Positions 12,827 to 25,443 are shown, numbered from the stretch's first letter. The stretch is 64,000 nt of DNA from Piromyces finnis finn (GCA_002104945.1 MCFH01000025.1:124001-188000); one strand, 5' to 3'. The notes: generated from the sequence alone by a model not told the origin. Numbers and translations: made by a program.

Positions 12827-13421
12827 GATAATAAATTCTAATTAAAAATATTGAATATAAAATAAATACTAATAAAAATTATAAATATAACGTATATGGA
12901 AAAAAAAATCTGTCTCTCTCTCTCTTCTTAAAAGTACTGGATAGTACAAAAATTGTTACGATGCTTTGTTTAAAGTTTCTTTTTTTGAATTCTAGTTGTA
13001 AATTTTCTTTAAAAATTCTAGTTTTGGTTTGTTGTTAGTAAATTCGAATCGCTTTTTGACACTAAACTTGTTTGACTTTACTTTTCATTAAATATTTAAA
13101 TTGGTAAAAAATTTGAATCAAGAATGTCGACACCAGAAAGCTTGTGAATAGTATTTTTACATGATGTAGAGTGAATCAGTCTCTTACAAGAAACAATACA
13201 ACAATAGCTACATGAATATAAAAATACAATGCAAATGCTAAAGTTGACTACATTGGATTCTTACAAGAGAAGAGTAGTACTACATGAATACATGAATAAA
13301 AGAAAAAATACAGCAACAAAATGTATTACTCTTCTAATTAAATACTATACAAACTTACCTGAATATCAAACATTCAACTTATTCATCAAATACTTAATTC
13401 GATGAATAAAATGTTTTTTAA

Positions 13422-13715
13422 TCGCTCAGTACCATGAGCTTAGTCCTAATAATTTTCCCTTAAAGACTAACCAAGCATCCATTGCGCAATGCTTGGATTT
13501 AATTCTTTCTACTCTCTCAGTACCATGAGCATGAGTAGACCCCCTTGATAAACTCCATTATTAAATAAATGAAGGCACGTTCCTAAGAGGGCACCAAGCA
13601 TCCATTGCGCAATACTTGGATTTAATTCTTTCTACTCTCTCAGTACCATGAGCATGAGTAGACCCCCTTGAGAAACTACATTTATTAAATAAATGAAGGC
13701 ACGTTCCCAAGAGGG
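13422..13715 (-). repeat. Element B 5' structured module (units A-B-C-B-C in plus-strand order)
   Basis: B units at 13471 and 13594, a 123-nt period. Near-identical to element A's module; similarity stops abruptly at TCGCTCAG (13422 and 7768). Confidence 0.88.
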
Positions 13716-13748
13716 AATATGTCCCAAGAGGGTAACTGTAAAGCTGTT

Positions 13749-13760
13749 AGCATGAGTAGA
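13749..13760. repeat. Target-site duplication of element B, right copy
   Basis: AGCATGAGTAGA, identical to 8000-8011. Confidence 0.9.
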
Positions 13761-13813
13761 CCCCCTTGAGAAACTACATTTATTAAATAAATGAAGGCAC
13801 GTTCCCAAGAGGG

Positions 13814-13827
13814 AAATACATTTATAT
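13814..13827. repeat. Target-site duplication of element A, right copy
   Basis: AAATACATTTATAT, identical to 2158-2171. Confidence 0.9.
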
Positions 13828-14358
13828 ACAAAAAATTAAACATTAACAATAAAATTAACAATGAAATACACATTCAGGAAAAAAAAAAAAAAAGAATAAT
13901 TGGTTTATATTTGTTTTTTTTTTGTTTTTTTTTTGTTTTTTTGGGAAAATATATAAAGATTTTTATTAAGAAAAATGAATATAATAAAAAAAAATATACA
14001 TATAAATGATTTGAATAAAGAAAAAAAAAAAAGGATTTCCCTTTTCTTTCTATTTACATTCTTGTTTATATATATAGATTGATGTTATTTTTATATTAAT
14101 GATTTCAAAATATTATAATTATAATTATAACGATTTATATAAAATAAACTGTTTATTAATAAAATATTATAATTTTTTTTTTCTTATTTAATAAATTGCA
14201 TAAAACGGGAAAGTAGCAAATGAAAAAAAAATACTATGCTGATATATATATAGTTTTAATAAAGATAAAAAAAAACTATTTATAATAGTGTATTATAATG
14301 AAAAGTATTGATTTTAAATTTTACTAAATCCAATGATTTATGAAAAATAAGAAATAAT

Positions 14359-16232
14359 TTAATCAGCCTTTTCTGGGGATCTAGATGGTTGACGATCATC
14401 ACCATCACGTGGAGAGTTAATTGGTCTTTCTGGTGACTTAGAAACAGATGGTGAACGGCTACGAGAACGAGAGCGAGAGCGGGTTGGAGAACGAGAACGA
14501 GATTGAGAACGGTTATCATTACGGTTGTTCTTATCATTGTAATTTTGAGATGGAGAACGAGATCTAGATTGGTCTCTAATAGAGTTGGATCTGGATCTGG
14601 ATCTAGATCTGGATCTGGTTCTGGATCTAGTTCTAGATCTAAAAGATCTGGATCTGGATCTAGTTCTAGATCTGGATCTTCTAGAGGATCTATCAGATCT
14701 TCTTGGTGAGTATCTTCTGTCTCTGGAGTAACTTCTCTTTCTAGATCTAGTTCTAGATCTAGATCTACTTCTACTATATCTACGACTGTTGTAACGTCTT
14801 GAACCCTATATTTTAAATATTATTCATTTAATTAATAAAATACATCGATAAAATATTATTAATAATAATTAGAAAGATTATTTAAGCATACATCTCTTAA
14901 GGTAATCTTTTGACCCTTTAATTCATAACCATCAAGTTTATGAAGAGCTTCTTTAACATCATCGTATGAAGAGAATTCAACAATACTATAAATAACAAGA
15001 ATAATAATTAATAAAAAATAATTACTCTATGTTTCATAATTTAAAAAAACAAAAAGAAAAATAAATGAATGTATTCCTTAAATACATACCCTTCTCCTTC
15101 ACGTCTTTTGTGAGCATCAGCAAAAGTAACTTGACCAGCTCTTCTAAAGAAGTCTTTTAAATCCTACATACGAAAAAAAAATTATTAATCTATTACATAT
15201 TTTTAATTTTATAATTACTTTAATACTTACTTGCCAGCTAACACTTTGAGCAATGTTTTCAACATAAATTCTATTATCAGTTCTTTGTGGTGCATTGTTG
15301 TTACGTCTATTAATTAAATAGTAAAAAGAATTACTACTTTATTCACCTCTAACTTAATTTAACTTTTATATTCAATGAATTTAAAATAAAATGAATTACC
15401 TATCATAATCACCACCTCTTCTATCATTGTATCTTCCTCTTCTTCTTTCACCCTTGGCAATTTCAACAATAATTCTTTAATTTTTTACAATAAAAATTAA
15501 ATTTTTTAGTTATGCTTTTTATACCTATTTAATTTTTTTAATATTTCCAAAACAATCATCTTTAACATATATACCTATGACCAAAGAATTCTCTATCGTT
15601 GCTTTCTTTTACGGCATCTTCAGCATCACGATAATCTTTAAATTCCTAGAAGAGAGAATATTTAATTACTAAGGACGTTCTCATTTCTTGAATTATTTTT
15701 TTTATTAATTAAAACATTTTAGCACTAAAACCACTAAAACCACTAAACCACAACCATTTTTAAACCATTATAATTCTTTTTGTAACAAAAATAAGTAGTT
15801 TGTTTCTATCTAAGTAGTTTTATTTAGGAAAAACAGTAATAGAAAACAGAAAAGAAGAATAACCAAATAAATTAACTAACCACAAAGCCAAAACCTATAT
15901 TAATTTTAATTATTTAACACAATAAAAAGTTATTATATTGAAAATATTTTATTATTATAATTAGTTTAAAATATAACAATCAAGATAATTAATAATAAAA
16001 TTAATAATTACCATTCTTTAAATTGATTTCTCTAATATCTCCATATTCTTTGAAAAACTATTTGTTTTATATTTATAAATAAAAATGTTTTTAATTTAGT
16101 AAATATGATAATCTATTTAAATTATTACATATAATAAAATGCTTGTTTATAAAATATCTAAAATACCTTTTCAACATCTCTCTTTTCAGCTCTACTAGAG
16201 AGACGACCAATATAAATTCTTGATCCGGACAT
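14359..16232 (-). CDS. Serine/arginine-rich splicing factor, SRSF4/5/6 family (RRM, RRMH, RS domain), multi-exon
   Basis: Spliced read: [22 protein letters not shown]|[16 protein letters not shown]|FGFV|[12 protein letters not shown]...[14 protein letters not shown]|[18 protein letters not shown]...RSRSRS...SPEKAD*. SWQDLKD motif and GT-AG introns. ATG at 16232, TAA at 14359-14361. Confidence 0.93.
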
Positions 16233-18311
16233 CTACACAATATAAAGATATATTAGTAAGATTTTGAATAGATCATTTTTTAAATTATTACTAAAATAAA
16301 TATACATATTTCTCTTCATTGTAGTATTAATTCATATATTCATTTATATATTAAATCATAATAAATATATTTAGACTTTTATATCTATATTGATTTAATT
16401 TATTATTAATGATTAAAATGTTTGTTTACTTTTTCTTAATCTAATACTTTAATATATATGAAAGCTTAAACTTATTTTTACTATATTATTATTTTCTCCA
16501 TTTTTTGTTTATTAAATTAATTATATGATCTCTCGTCATTTTCTTTCTTTCTTTTGTTTTTTTTTTTTTTTTTGTATTATTATTTATTCTTATTTTAATA
16601 TTATATTTTATTTGAATCTTTATTTTTCAATATATAATCTAATTGATACTTTTAATTATTTATTTCCAATTCTTATTATTTACAATAATTATTATTTATC
16701 TAGTTTCAAAAATAAATATGATCTTATTTATACGCGTCATTCATTGTTACTTTTTATATTTTTTAAAACTATTATAAATGCTTTTTTTTTTTTTTTCAAT
16801 ATTTTTTTTATTATTATTACTATTATTTTAAAAATGCAAATTATATTAATTTTCTTATGAATATATAATAATAAAGATATATACTTCTTTTTCTTTTAAG
16901 AGTAATATTTAATATTATTTTTTATTATTTTTAAAAATCTTTTCTTTTTTTTTTACAACAATTTTTACTTTAAATAATAAAAAACAAATATTAATAATGT
17001 TTTTATAATAATTTAAAAATAAAAAAAAAAAAAAAGATAAAAGAGAAAAAAGTACTATTATAAATATCATTTACCAACTATTGAATTTATTTATCTAATA
17101 TTTTATTTATACATTAATTATTATTAATTAAGTTGATTGAATAATTAATTTATCTATTTATTCATTTACTTTTTATATTCAAAAAAATTCCCAAAAAAAT
17201 TATTTGAATAGGACAATTATTATTAAATAAAGTTTTTTATGACTTTATCATTTATATATATTAAAATTAATTATAATATATAATAATTTTTTTTTAATTG
17301 TTATTATAATACATACATCATTACATAATATTGATATATGATACATTAATGTATACATTTAAGCAATCATCCACATAATTAACTCCGAAAATGCATAAGG
17401 GTTAAATTAAATAATTTAAAAAAAAAAAATTATAAAATGCTTTTCAAGTATAATATAATTAGGGAACATAGTATTGTAATAAATAGTAAATATTAGCAAT
17501 AGGTTATTTAAAAATTACTTTTTAATTTTTATTTTAACTTTTTATTTTTTAAAAATAACCATATTTATATAAAAATTGGAATCATAACAACAAATGATAA
17601 AGTAAGGAAAACTATTTAAATGAAATGATAATTTTTGCTAAAATTTAGATAGAAAATTAAAATTCATTAAGGAAACATTGTTTTTAAAGAATTATTATAT
17701 TAAAATTATTTATTACTTTTAAAATTGTATTATATGTATTATATAGTTTAAAATAATAAATGAAAATTACTGTTATAATTTAAATTGATAATTATTAACT
17801 ATTTTATAATTTATCTACTAATCCTACCAAATAAAAACTTTATATTTAATAACCTTTTTTTTTTTTAAATATAATTTTAAATTTTAACCTACAAAAATTT
17901 TTAAAATTTTAAAATTTATAATAGAATTAAAGTTTATTAATATTATCAAAATTTTAAAATTAATAAGAAGGTTCGTTTATAAAAAAGAAAAGGAAAAAAA
18001 ATTTGAATCTATAATTAATGTTATATCTGTAATATATTTAATTAAAGCTTGTAGTATATTGAATAGGGAAAATAAATAGTGATATTTTGTGAATAACAGA
18101 AATAAATAAGTAATAAATAATAAAAAAAAAAAACAAATTTAATTATTTTATTTTTAATAATAATTATTATTATTAAATGATATTCTCTCTTTTTTTTTTT
18201 AATAATGAACATATATTATATATATTTTATATATGCTGAATTGACTATGCATACAGAATAATTATTTCATTATTATTACATTATATATTATATATATTTT
18301 TGTAATTAAAG

Positions 18312-18771
18312 ATGCCTTTAACGAAAAGAATTGTAGAGGTTCCAATACCATGTTCTACAAGAGCAGATTTGACTGTAGAAAATCTTATTTCAGCTCAAAC
18401 AACACAGGAACAATCTTTTAAGAAAGTTAGTGACATATACAAAAAAAAATGCAACCTTTTAATTAATAAATGATAATAAAATATAATTTATATATTAACC
18501 ATAATTAATACTATTGGTATTTATGTTGTAAAAATATACAAATTAGATGAATCTAATTCAATTAACACAATTACTTGGTCAATTAAGTCAGATATCTCAA
18601 TATGCTAATGAATTATTTAGTGGTTAATATATACTTTTTTTTTTCTTTCATTTTTTATATTATAACAAAAGATAAATAAAAACAATATAATAAAATTGAT
18701 GAATATATACAAATAAATATTTTCAATCAAGGATATTAAAAATTCAATTATAAACTACATAAATTTATTAA

Positions 18772-18807
<36 letters not shown>

Positions 18808-19579
18808 ATGCATAATTTTCTTTTGAATTGATAATGAAAATATAAAAGGTTTAATTAAACAAGCAAATGAGACTTCCGAAAGAATTAATAATATAAAAGC
18901 AAGAATAAACAACATTAATTCTAATATTGTACAAGTAGAAACAAAGATGAGCATGATGAAAGTATCTAATATTCCAAATCCAGAATGTATGAAATCGTTT
19001 TTTAAATATAATATATTTATATGTATATGAATATTATTTATTAATAATGATATTATTAAATAATATTATAGTGATCGAGTATAAACCACATGAATCTGTA
19101 GAAGAAAATATATTCACTAAACAATCCCAATCATTTGCTATAAATGAAGCTTATCAAAAATGTAAAGATATACCAAACTTTGCAGAAATTGACCTTTTAA
19201 GAACAGATGGATATAAATGTGCAAAAGTAATATTATAATTATGATAACATAAAATACTAAAAATAATAGAGATAATATATATATAGAAAAAATGAACTAT
19301 TTAATAGAAAAATATTTATTCAAAATGTTAAATTATTAACAAAATATACATTATTTTTTTAATATTTTTTTTTTTTTTTTTTTTTTACCTTTAATTATAT
19401 AATAATTTCTAGCTATATTCAGATCCAGAAATATTCTTTGAGGAATATAAGGATGTTGTGAAAAAGGATATTGATGCAAAGCAAAAGAAAAAAGAAGAAA
19501 GAAAGAAAGATAAAGTAATTAAAATAATAAAAATTTTTTTTATTGTATATAATCTATTATAAAATTTATAAAATAATAA

Positions 19580-19623
<44 letters not shown>

Positions 19624-20674
19624 ATAATAATAATATACATATATATTGTACTTAGGTTAAGGTTAAGAAAGAGAAAAAGATTAGAGAATTATCCAAGAAA
19701 CAATATAATTCTGATGGTGAAGTAATTAATCAAAGATTAGATCGTGAAAGATCGAGTGAATATCGTAAAAGTAAACTTTCACAACCAGATACAAATATTA
19801 CCGAAAAAATTACACCTATGGATACTAATAGTATGATGGCATCACCAATTACTATGTCAACAAATTCTGCGGTTCCACCACCACCACCACCATCTATTCC
19901 ATCTATTCCAGCATTACCAACTATGCCACAACCACCGCTACAATTACAAAGTATTGGTCAAATACCACCACCTTATCCATCTATTGGATTATCAACAGTT
20001 CCTTCTGTGCCAATGCCAATGCCAATGCCTGTTCCTGTTAGTGCCAATGTTCCACCACCACCACCACCTCCAGCTGTTGTATCTACTAATATTCCACCAC
20101 CACCACCACCAGCTCCATCTGGTGGTCTTCCGGCTATTAATAATAATGCACTTCAAAATGTACAACTTAAGTCTGCAACCCCTGTTCCTGCTCAAACAAA
20201 TACAAGAGATGATCTATTAAGTAATATTAAGATGGGAGGAGTATGCATCATTTTTTTCACTATTATCATTATATAGATTATCTTTATGCTAATAATTTTA
20301 TATTAATTTATATATATATGCTCAAAGAATTTATTCATAACATTGTTAATATTAATATATACTAATACATTAATATATATATATTTTTTAATTTAGTTTA
20401 AACTCAGAAAGGTTGAAATTAATGAAAAGAGAAAACCAAATGATGATTTGGAAGGAAGAAACGACGTTGCTGCTTTGTTAATAAGAAGAGTTGCTTTAGA
20501 AGATAGTGATAGTGAATCAGAAGGTAAATATATATAATTTTTTTATAAAAGAAATAATAGTAAATATATGTTAATGCCTCTCTTTCTTTTTTCATTTAAT
20601 TTCATTTTTTTTTTTTTTTTTTTAATTTTTTAACAGAATCCGAAGATACTGACTCTGATGATGATTGGGATTAA
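18312..20674 (+). CDS. SCAR: SCAR/WAVE (WASF family) Arp2/3 activator, multi-exon
   Basis: MPLTKRIV start. WHD-like segments LGQLSQISQYANELF, AYQKCKDIPNFAEIDLLRTDG and LYSDPEIFFEEYK, then a basic stretch, poly-Pro, WH2 (RDDLLSNIKMGG|FKLRKV), central VAALLIRR and an acidic end DSDDDWD*. Confidence 0.9.
19581..19623. repeat. (CTA)n microsatellite in a SCAR intron
   Basis: Perfect ACT/CTA run. Confidence 0.95.
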
Positions 20675-21273
20675 ACCATTTAAAAAAATAATATTTATTT
20701 AGTATATTATATGATAGATATAATATATATTTATTATAATAATAATTAATAATAAAACAAAAAACAAAACAAAACAATATATAACATATTTTTTTTTAAT
20801 CAAAACATAATATATGTATATATTAATATAAATAAAAAATATTAAATATAAAATTAAATATTTTGTTTTAAATTGATAAGGAAAATGATAATAAAATTAT
20901 CGAATGAATTTAATAACAATAATAATTTTCAAATTAAAAAAACGTAGCTACGACATAAAGTAAAAAAAAGTATTATTAATAATATTATTTTTTATTTTTT
21001 TTATTTTTATACGATTTATTGCTTATTAAATTATTATAATAAAGTATTACAATTATAATAATTAATAATATTATTTATATAAAAGAAAAACTAAAACTAA
21101 AAAAAAAAAAAAAAAAACGACTATATTTTAAAAAATTACTATTTCTAGATAACTTCCATTTAAAATAAATAAATAAATAATAATCATATATATTTGAAAA
21201 TAAATATTTAAAAAGGAAATAATAAGTATTATAAATATATATTTTTTTTATTAGATAAATTAAAAAGAATCAT

Positions 21274-23657
21274 CTATGATTCAGTAGCTGTAGCAGAGTT
21301 TGGGCTTTGTTCTTCTGATTTATCATGAATATCTTTTACAACCCAATTATATTCTTCTTTTAAATATATTTCACTATTTCTATCTCTTTTCAAACTGCCA
21401 TTATTATTCATTTGGGTTTTATCAATCATTATATTTGCCTGTCCATTTCTTCTTCCACTATTTGTACTATTTTTTCTTTCATCATCAATAGAATCATTTT
21501 TTATATTTTCGCTTTCATTATCATTTTCGTTCTCCTCTTCATCTTCATCTTTGTGTTCTTTTATTGTATCGCTATTTCTAATTTCCATGCTATGATGTAA
21601 AAAATCATTTGTTTCTATAAAACTATTATCATTTGTTATGACAGAACTTGTTTCGGTGTTATCACGAACTTTAGGAGAATTAGGGTCTTCGACACTATAT
21701 TGACTATTAAATAAGTTATCATGAAGACTTAATTTTTTACTTCTTCTTCTTGGTCCTTCATTATCACTATTCATACTATTTATACTTCCGTATATATTTT
21801 GATCATTTTCGGATAAACAAGAAGTGTTAAGACTATCCTTTGATTTATATTTTTTATTTGATTTTGTTAAAGATTTTTTTTCCACAGGACTTTCTAGACT
21901 TTCTAAGCTTCCTTTTTCAAATTTAATTTTTGATTCATCGAGTAAATTCTTCATATGAGAAAGGAAACCCTTACCGTCAGGAGAAAGCTTTTCCCTTACT
22001 TTTTTTTTACTTTTAAGGGAATCTTTCTTTTTATCAGGAGATTTTAATGATTCATCTTCAGATAGACAGTCTTCCTTTTTAAAACTAGAATTAAGTTTAA
22101 ATGGACTTGTAGGTTTTATACTCAGGGAACCAAGTGATGTTTCCTCTAAATCATTTAATTTTAATAATTTTAATTCTTTTTCTTCTTCACCATTTACACT
22201 CATTATTTGATTATTAGTTGATTCATCATCACCAATAGTCATTAAATCTGATATTTCAGAATGAATATGGTAAAGTACACGCTGGAAGTCATCTATCCAT
22301 TTATCTTTTTGTTCATTATTTTCCAAATATATAGTTAATATTGAATGATCTTGTAGAGTAAGGGATATAAAATGTTGAAATTCTTTTTTATAACCATTTT
22401 TTTTTTAAAAAAAAGAATATATATAGGCATGTATATAAATTAATAATATATAATATAATTAATATAAAATTTCATATTTGAAAAAATTATATAATACATA
22501 ATTACTCTACCTGGATTACTAGTTTGACTAAGTTCACCTATTTGAATACCTGTTAATGGTATAGCTTTAATGATGGATAGTCTTGATATTCTTGTAAATT
22601 TACTAACAGATGTTTTTGTTAGTAGTAACATATCATTAAATAAATATATATAAGTAGGAAGAGGAACTTTTAATGTTTCCTTCATAGTAGAATATTGGTA
22701 TAATACAGAACCTTCAGAGACATATTTTTTCCCTTTAACTTCAATCTATTTTATATTTTTTTTAATATATATAAATGGAATATAAAAATATATTAATATA
22801 TATTTTAATAATAAATGCATATAAAGTTCTTTCTTTTATTATTATATTGTATTTTTTTTTTTTTTCACAAATATATTTATATGCATTGAATATAATTAAA
22901 GGATAATAATTATATATATAAAAAAACATCCATATACATTTTGTCTTTTAATTTGATTTTGAAGTAATTCGAATGTTTCCTTATTTTCTGAGAATTTTTT
23001 CCATCTATTTAAAATCTTTATATCATCATCAATTCTTGAAATTTCAATTTTTAATCCATCATAATCAGGATGTGTTGGCCATGTATGTTTTAATATTTCC
23101 TTTATATAATTGATAAATTGTTAAATAGGTTAAATTAGAGAGTATAATTGAATATTTTCATTGTTAATTTTAATGAAAATTTAAAAAAAAAATATAGCAA
23201 TTATTATTAAGATTATATTATATATTATATAATTTTTTTTATTTGATTAAATTATCATTATTTTTCAGCCTACTTTTAAGTATAAAATGTATCTTGGAAT
23301 TCTAGTCAATATTAGAAATAATAATCAATTAGTATTATTATATAAGATACATAAACAAAACAAAACAAAACATAACAAAACAAATAAAAATAAAATAAAA
23401 ATATTAATAAACAAGCCATAAATTTAAAAGAAAATTTTAATATATACCTTTGAACTGGAAGAATTAATAAAGATTTTAAATCATTTCTTTCTAATTTTTT
23501 TACCCCTTCTACCATTTTAATAGATTCTTCAAATGCTGGAACTTTTCTACATTTTTCAATAGTATAATATGAATTTTCATAATTATTAAAATAAGGAATA
23601 TAGGTTGAAATATATTCATGCTAATAACAAAATGAAATAAAAAGAAAAAGAGTATAA

Positions 23658-23689
<32 letters not shown>

Positions 23690-23866
23690 TAAATGTTAGA
23701 TATTAATTTTAAAACCCAATAATTTATAGTCATTTATCATTATCTATGATTATATTATTATTTTTTTAAAATGAAAAAATCAACTCACAATATTTTCAAA
23801 TAACTATATATTGCATATATATATATATATAAAATATTTATTTTAATATGTAAATGAAAGTATATT

Positions 23867-23904
<38 letters not shown>

Positions 23905-25069
23905 TTAAAGTAAATATTTATATTACCGGAGAGAGTAAAGTTTGATTACTCCATTGATCAACAATTTGCTTTAATTGTTTTAAAAATTCTTGATGTTTTA
24001 ATAAAATATCTTCTATATTACAGAAAATGCTATCAATATTTTCTTTAGCTTATTGATTTAATTTTTTTTTTCATAAAAAATTAATATAATTAATACATAT
24101 AGATAAATAATTTTGATAAAACCATCATATATATATCTATTTTCTTACTGATTCCTCCTTTCTTTGAATCATCAAATATAGCTCTTAATGGTTTCATAAA
24201 ACACTTTAATATTATTATTATATTTATATTTAAATAATAATTAAAAAAAAAAAAAGGATAAAAAAAATTAGAATGATAATTAAATGATATTTGTGTTACT
24301 AATTTATGATAAAAGTAAGAATTTAATAATAACAATATTAAATGATTGAAGTAAAAATATATATATTTACATTAACAATTTTCTCTAAATTAGAAACATA
24401 ATTAATTTCTGTTGCATATAATTCCATAACTACTTGTGTTCTTTGACTACTCATTTTTTTAATCATTTTCATCTCACTTAATTCCTTTTTTGCAATATTT
24501 GTTCTAATACATGATTGAATCCATACTATAGTTTCTTTAGTATTTCTTTTTTTTTTTTACATAAATATTCCATTAGATTTTATAATTCAAGATAGATTTG
24601 TTTCATTTTTTTTTTGATATATTTAAAAAGTTCATTGGTTTAGTTTTTGTTATATGTAATATTAAAAATATTGAAATATTTTATGATGATGATGATGAAT
24701 AATGATAATGAAATAGTAGTGTTTTTTTTTTATAAAAAAAATATTAAATAAATGGTTATTCATCATGGATATAAATGATATATATATAATATATATAATG
24801 TATATAATGTATATAAATGTTTAGTACTTGTATTTTATGTATTGATTTTGAATTTTTTGAGCTGCAAAGTATTTTTTCGCATACTTTTCTTTGTCTTCAT
24901 CAGAATTAAAAATCATTGATTTTAAGGAACGTCCATTTCTTTGAGCTTCTGGTATAATATTAAGAGAAAAATCATATTTATTTTCATCTGTCAATTTCAT
25001 ATCGTTATCCGGTGTCGGATACGATTTTGCATCTTCAAAATTTATACTACAACTATCATTAATTGACAT
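21274..25069 (-). CDS. Dbl-family RhoGEF (IQ motifs, DH, PH, acidic Ser-rich tail), multi-exon; start codon tentative
   Basis: IQ-like AAQKIQNQYIKYK and IVWIQSCIRTNIAKK. DH: RTQVVMELYATEINYVSNLEKI and LKSLLILPVQR|IPRY...EILKHTWPTHPDY. PH: YIYLFNDMLLLTK and ENNEQKDKWIDDF. Confidence 0.85.
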
Positions 25070-25323
25070 ATCAGATATTTAATACATTTAATGAGTTAAC
25101 CTTTCTGATGTTATATATATAATATTTATTACTATTTAAATGATATTATATATATATATAAAAGTTAATATTATTAAGATAAAACAAAACAAAACAATTA
25201 TTATTTTTATTAATAATAGTAAAAAAGGAGTGTATAAATTTATTTACCAAACAATTATATATATATAATAATTAAAAAATATTATTATAAAAATAAATAT
25301 TAATTAAAAATAAAAACAATACC

Positions 25324-25363
25324 AATAATATAAAATAATATAAAATAATATAAAATAATATAA

Positions 25364-25415
<52 letters not shown>

Positions 25416-25443
25416 GCAATAATAATAATAATGATAATAATAA
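25324..25443. repeat. (TAAAATAATA)n followed by an (AAT)n microsatellite
   Basis: Four 10-nt units running into an AAT run. Confidence 0.85.

Larger units (their letters stand above)
8012..13748 (-). mobile_element. Non-LTR retrotransposon (LINE) element B, full-length, nested in element A
   Basis: 39-nt poly(T) at 8012-8050, APE-RT-CCHC ORF, 5' module at 13422-13715, and a 12-bp TSD. Confidence 0.93.
2172..13813 (-). mobile_element. Non-LTR retrotransposon (LINE) element A, full-length. Own sequence is 2172-8011 plus 13761-13813; interrupted in its 5' repeat by element B
   Basis: 39-nt poly(T) at 2171-2209 is the poly(A) tail. It has an APE-RT-CCHC ORF and a 5' end at CCCTCTTGGG (13813). 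Flanked by the direct repeat AAATACATTTATA(T) at 2158-2170/71 and 13814-13826/27. Confidence 0.93.
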
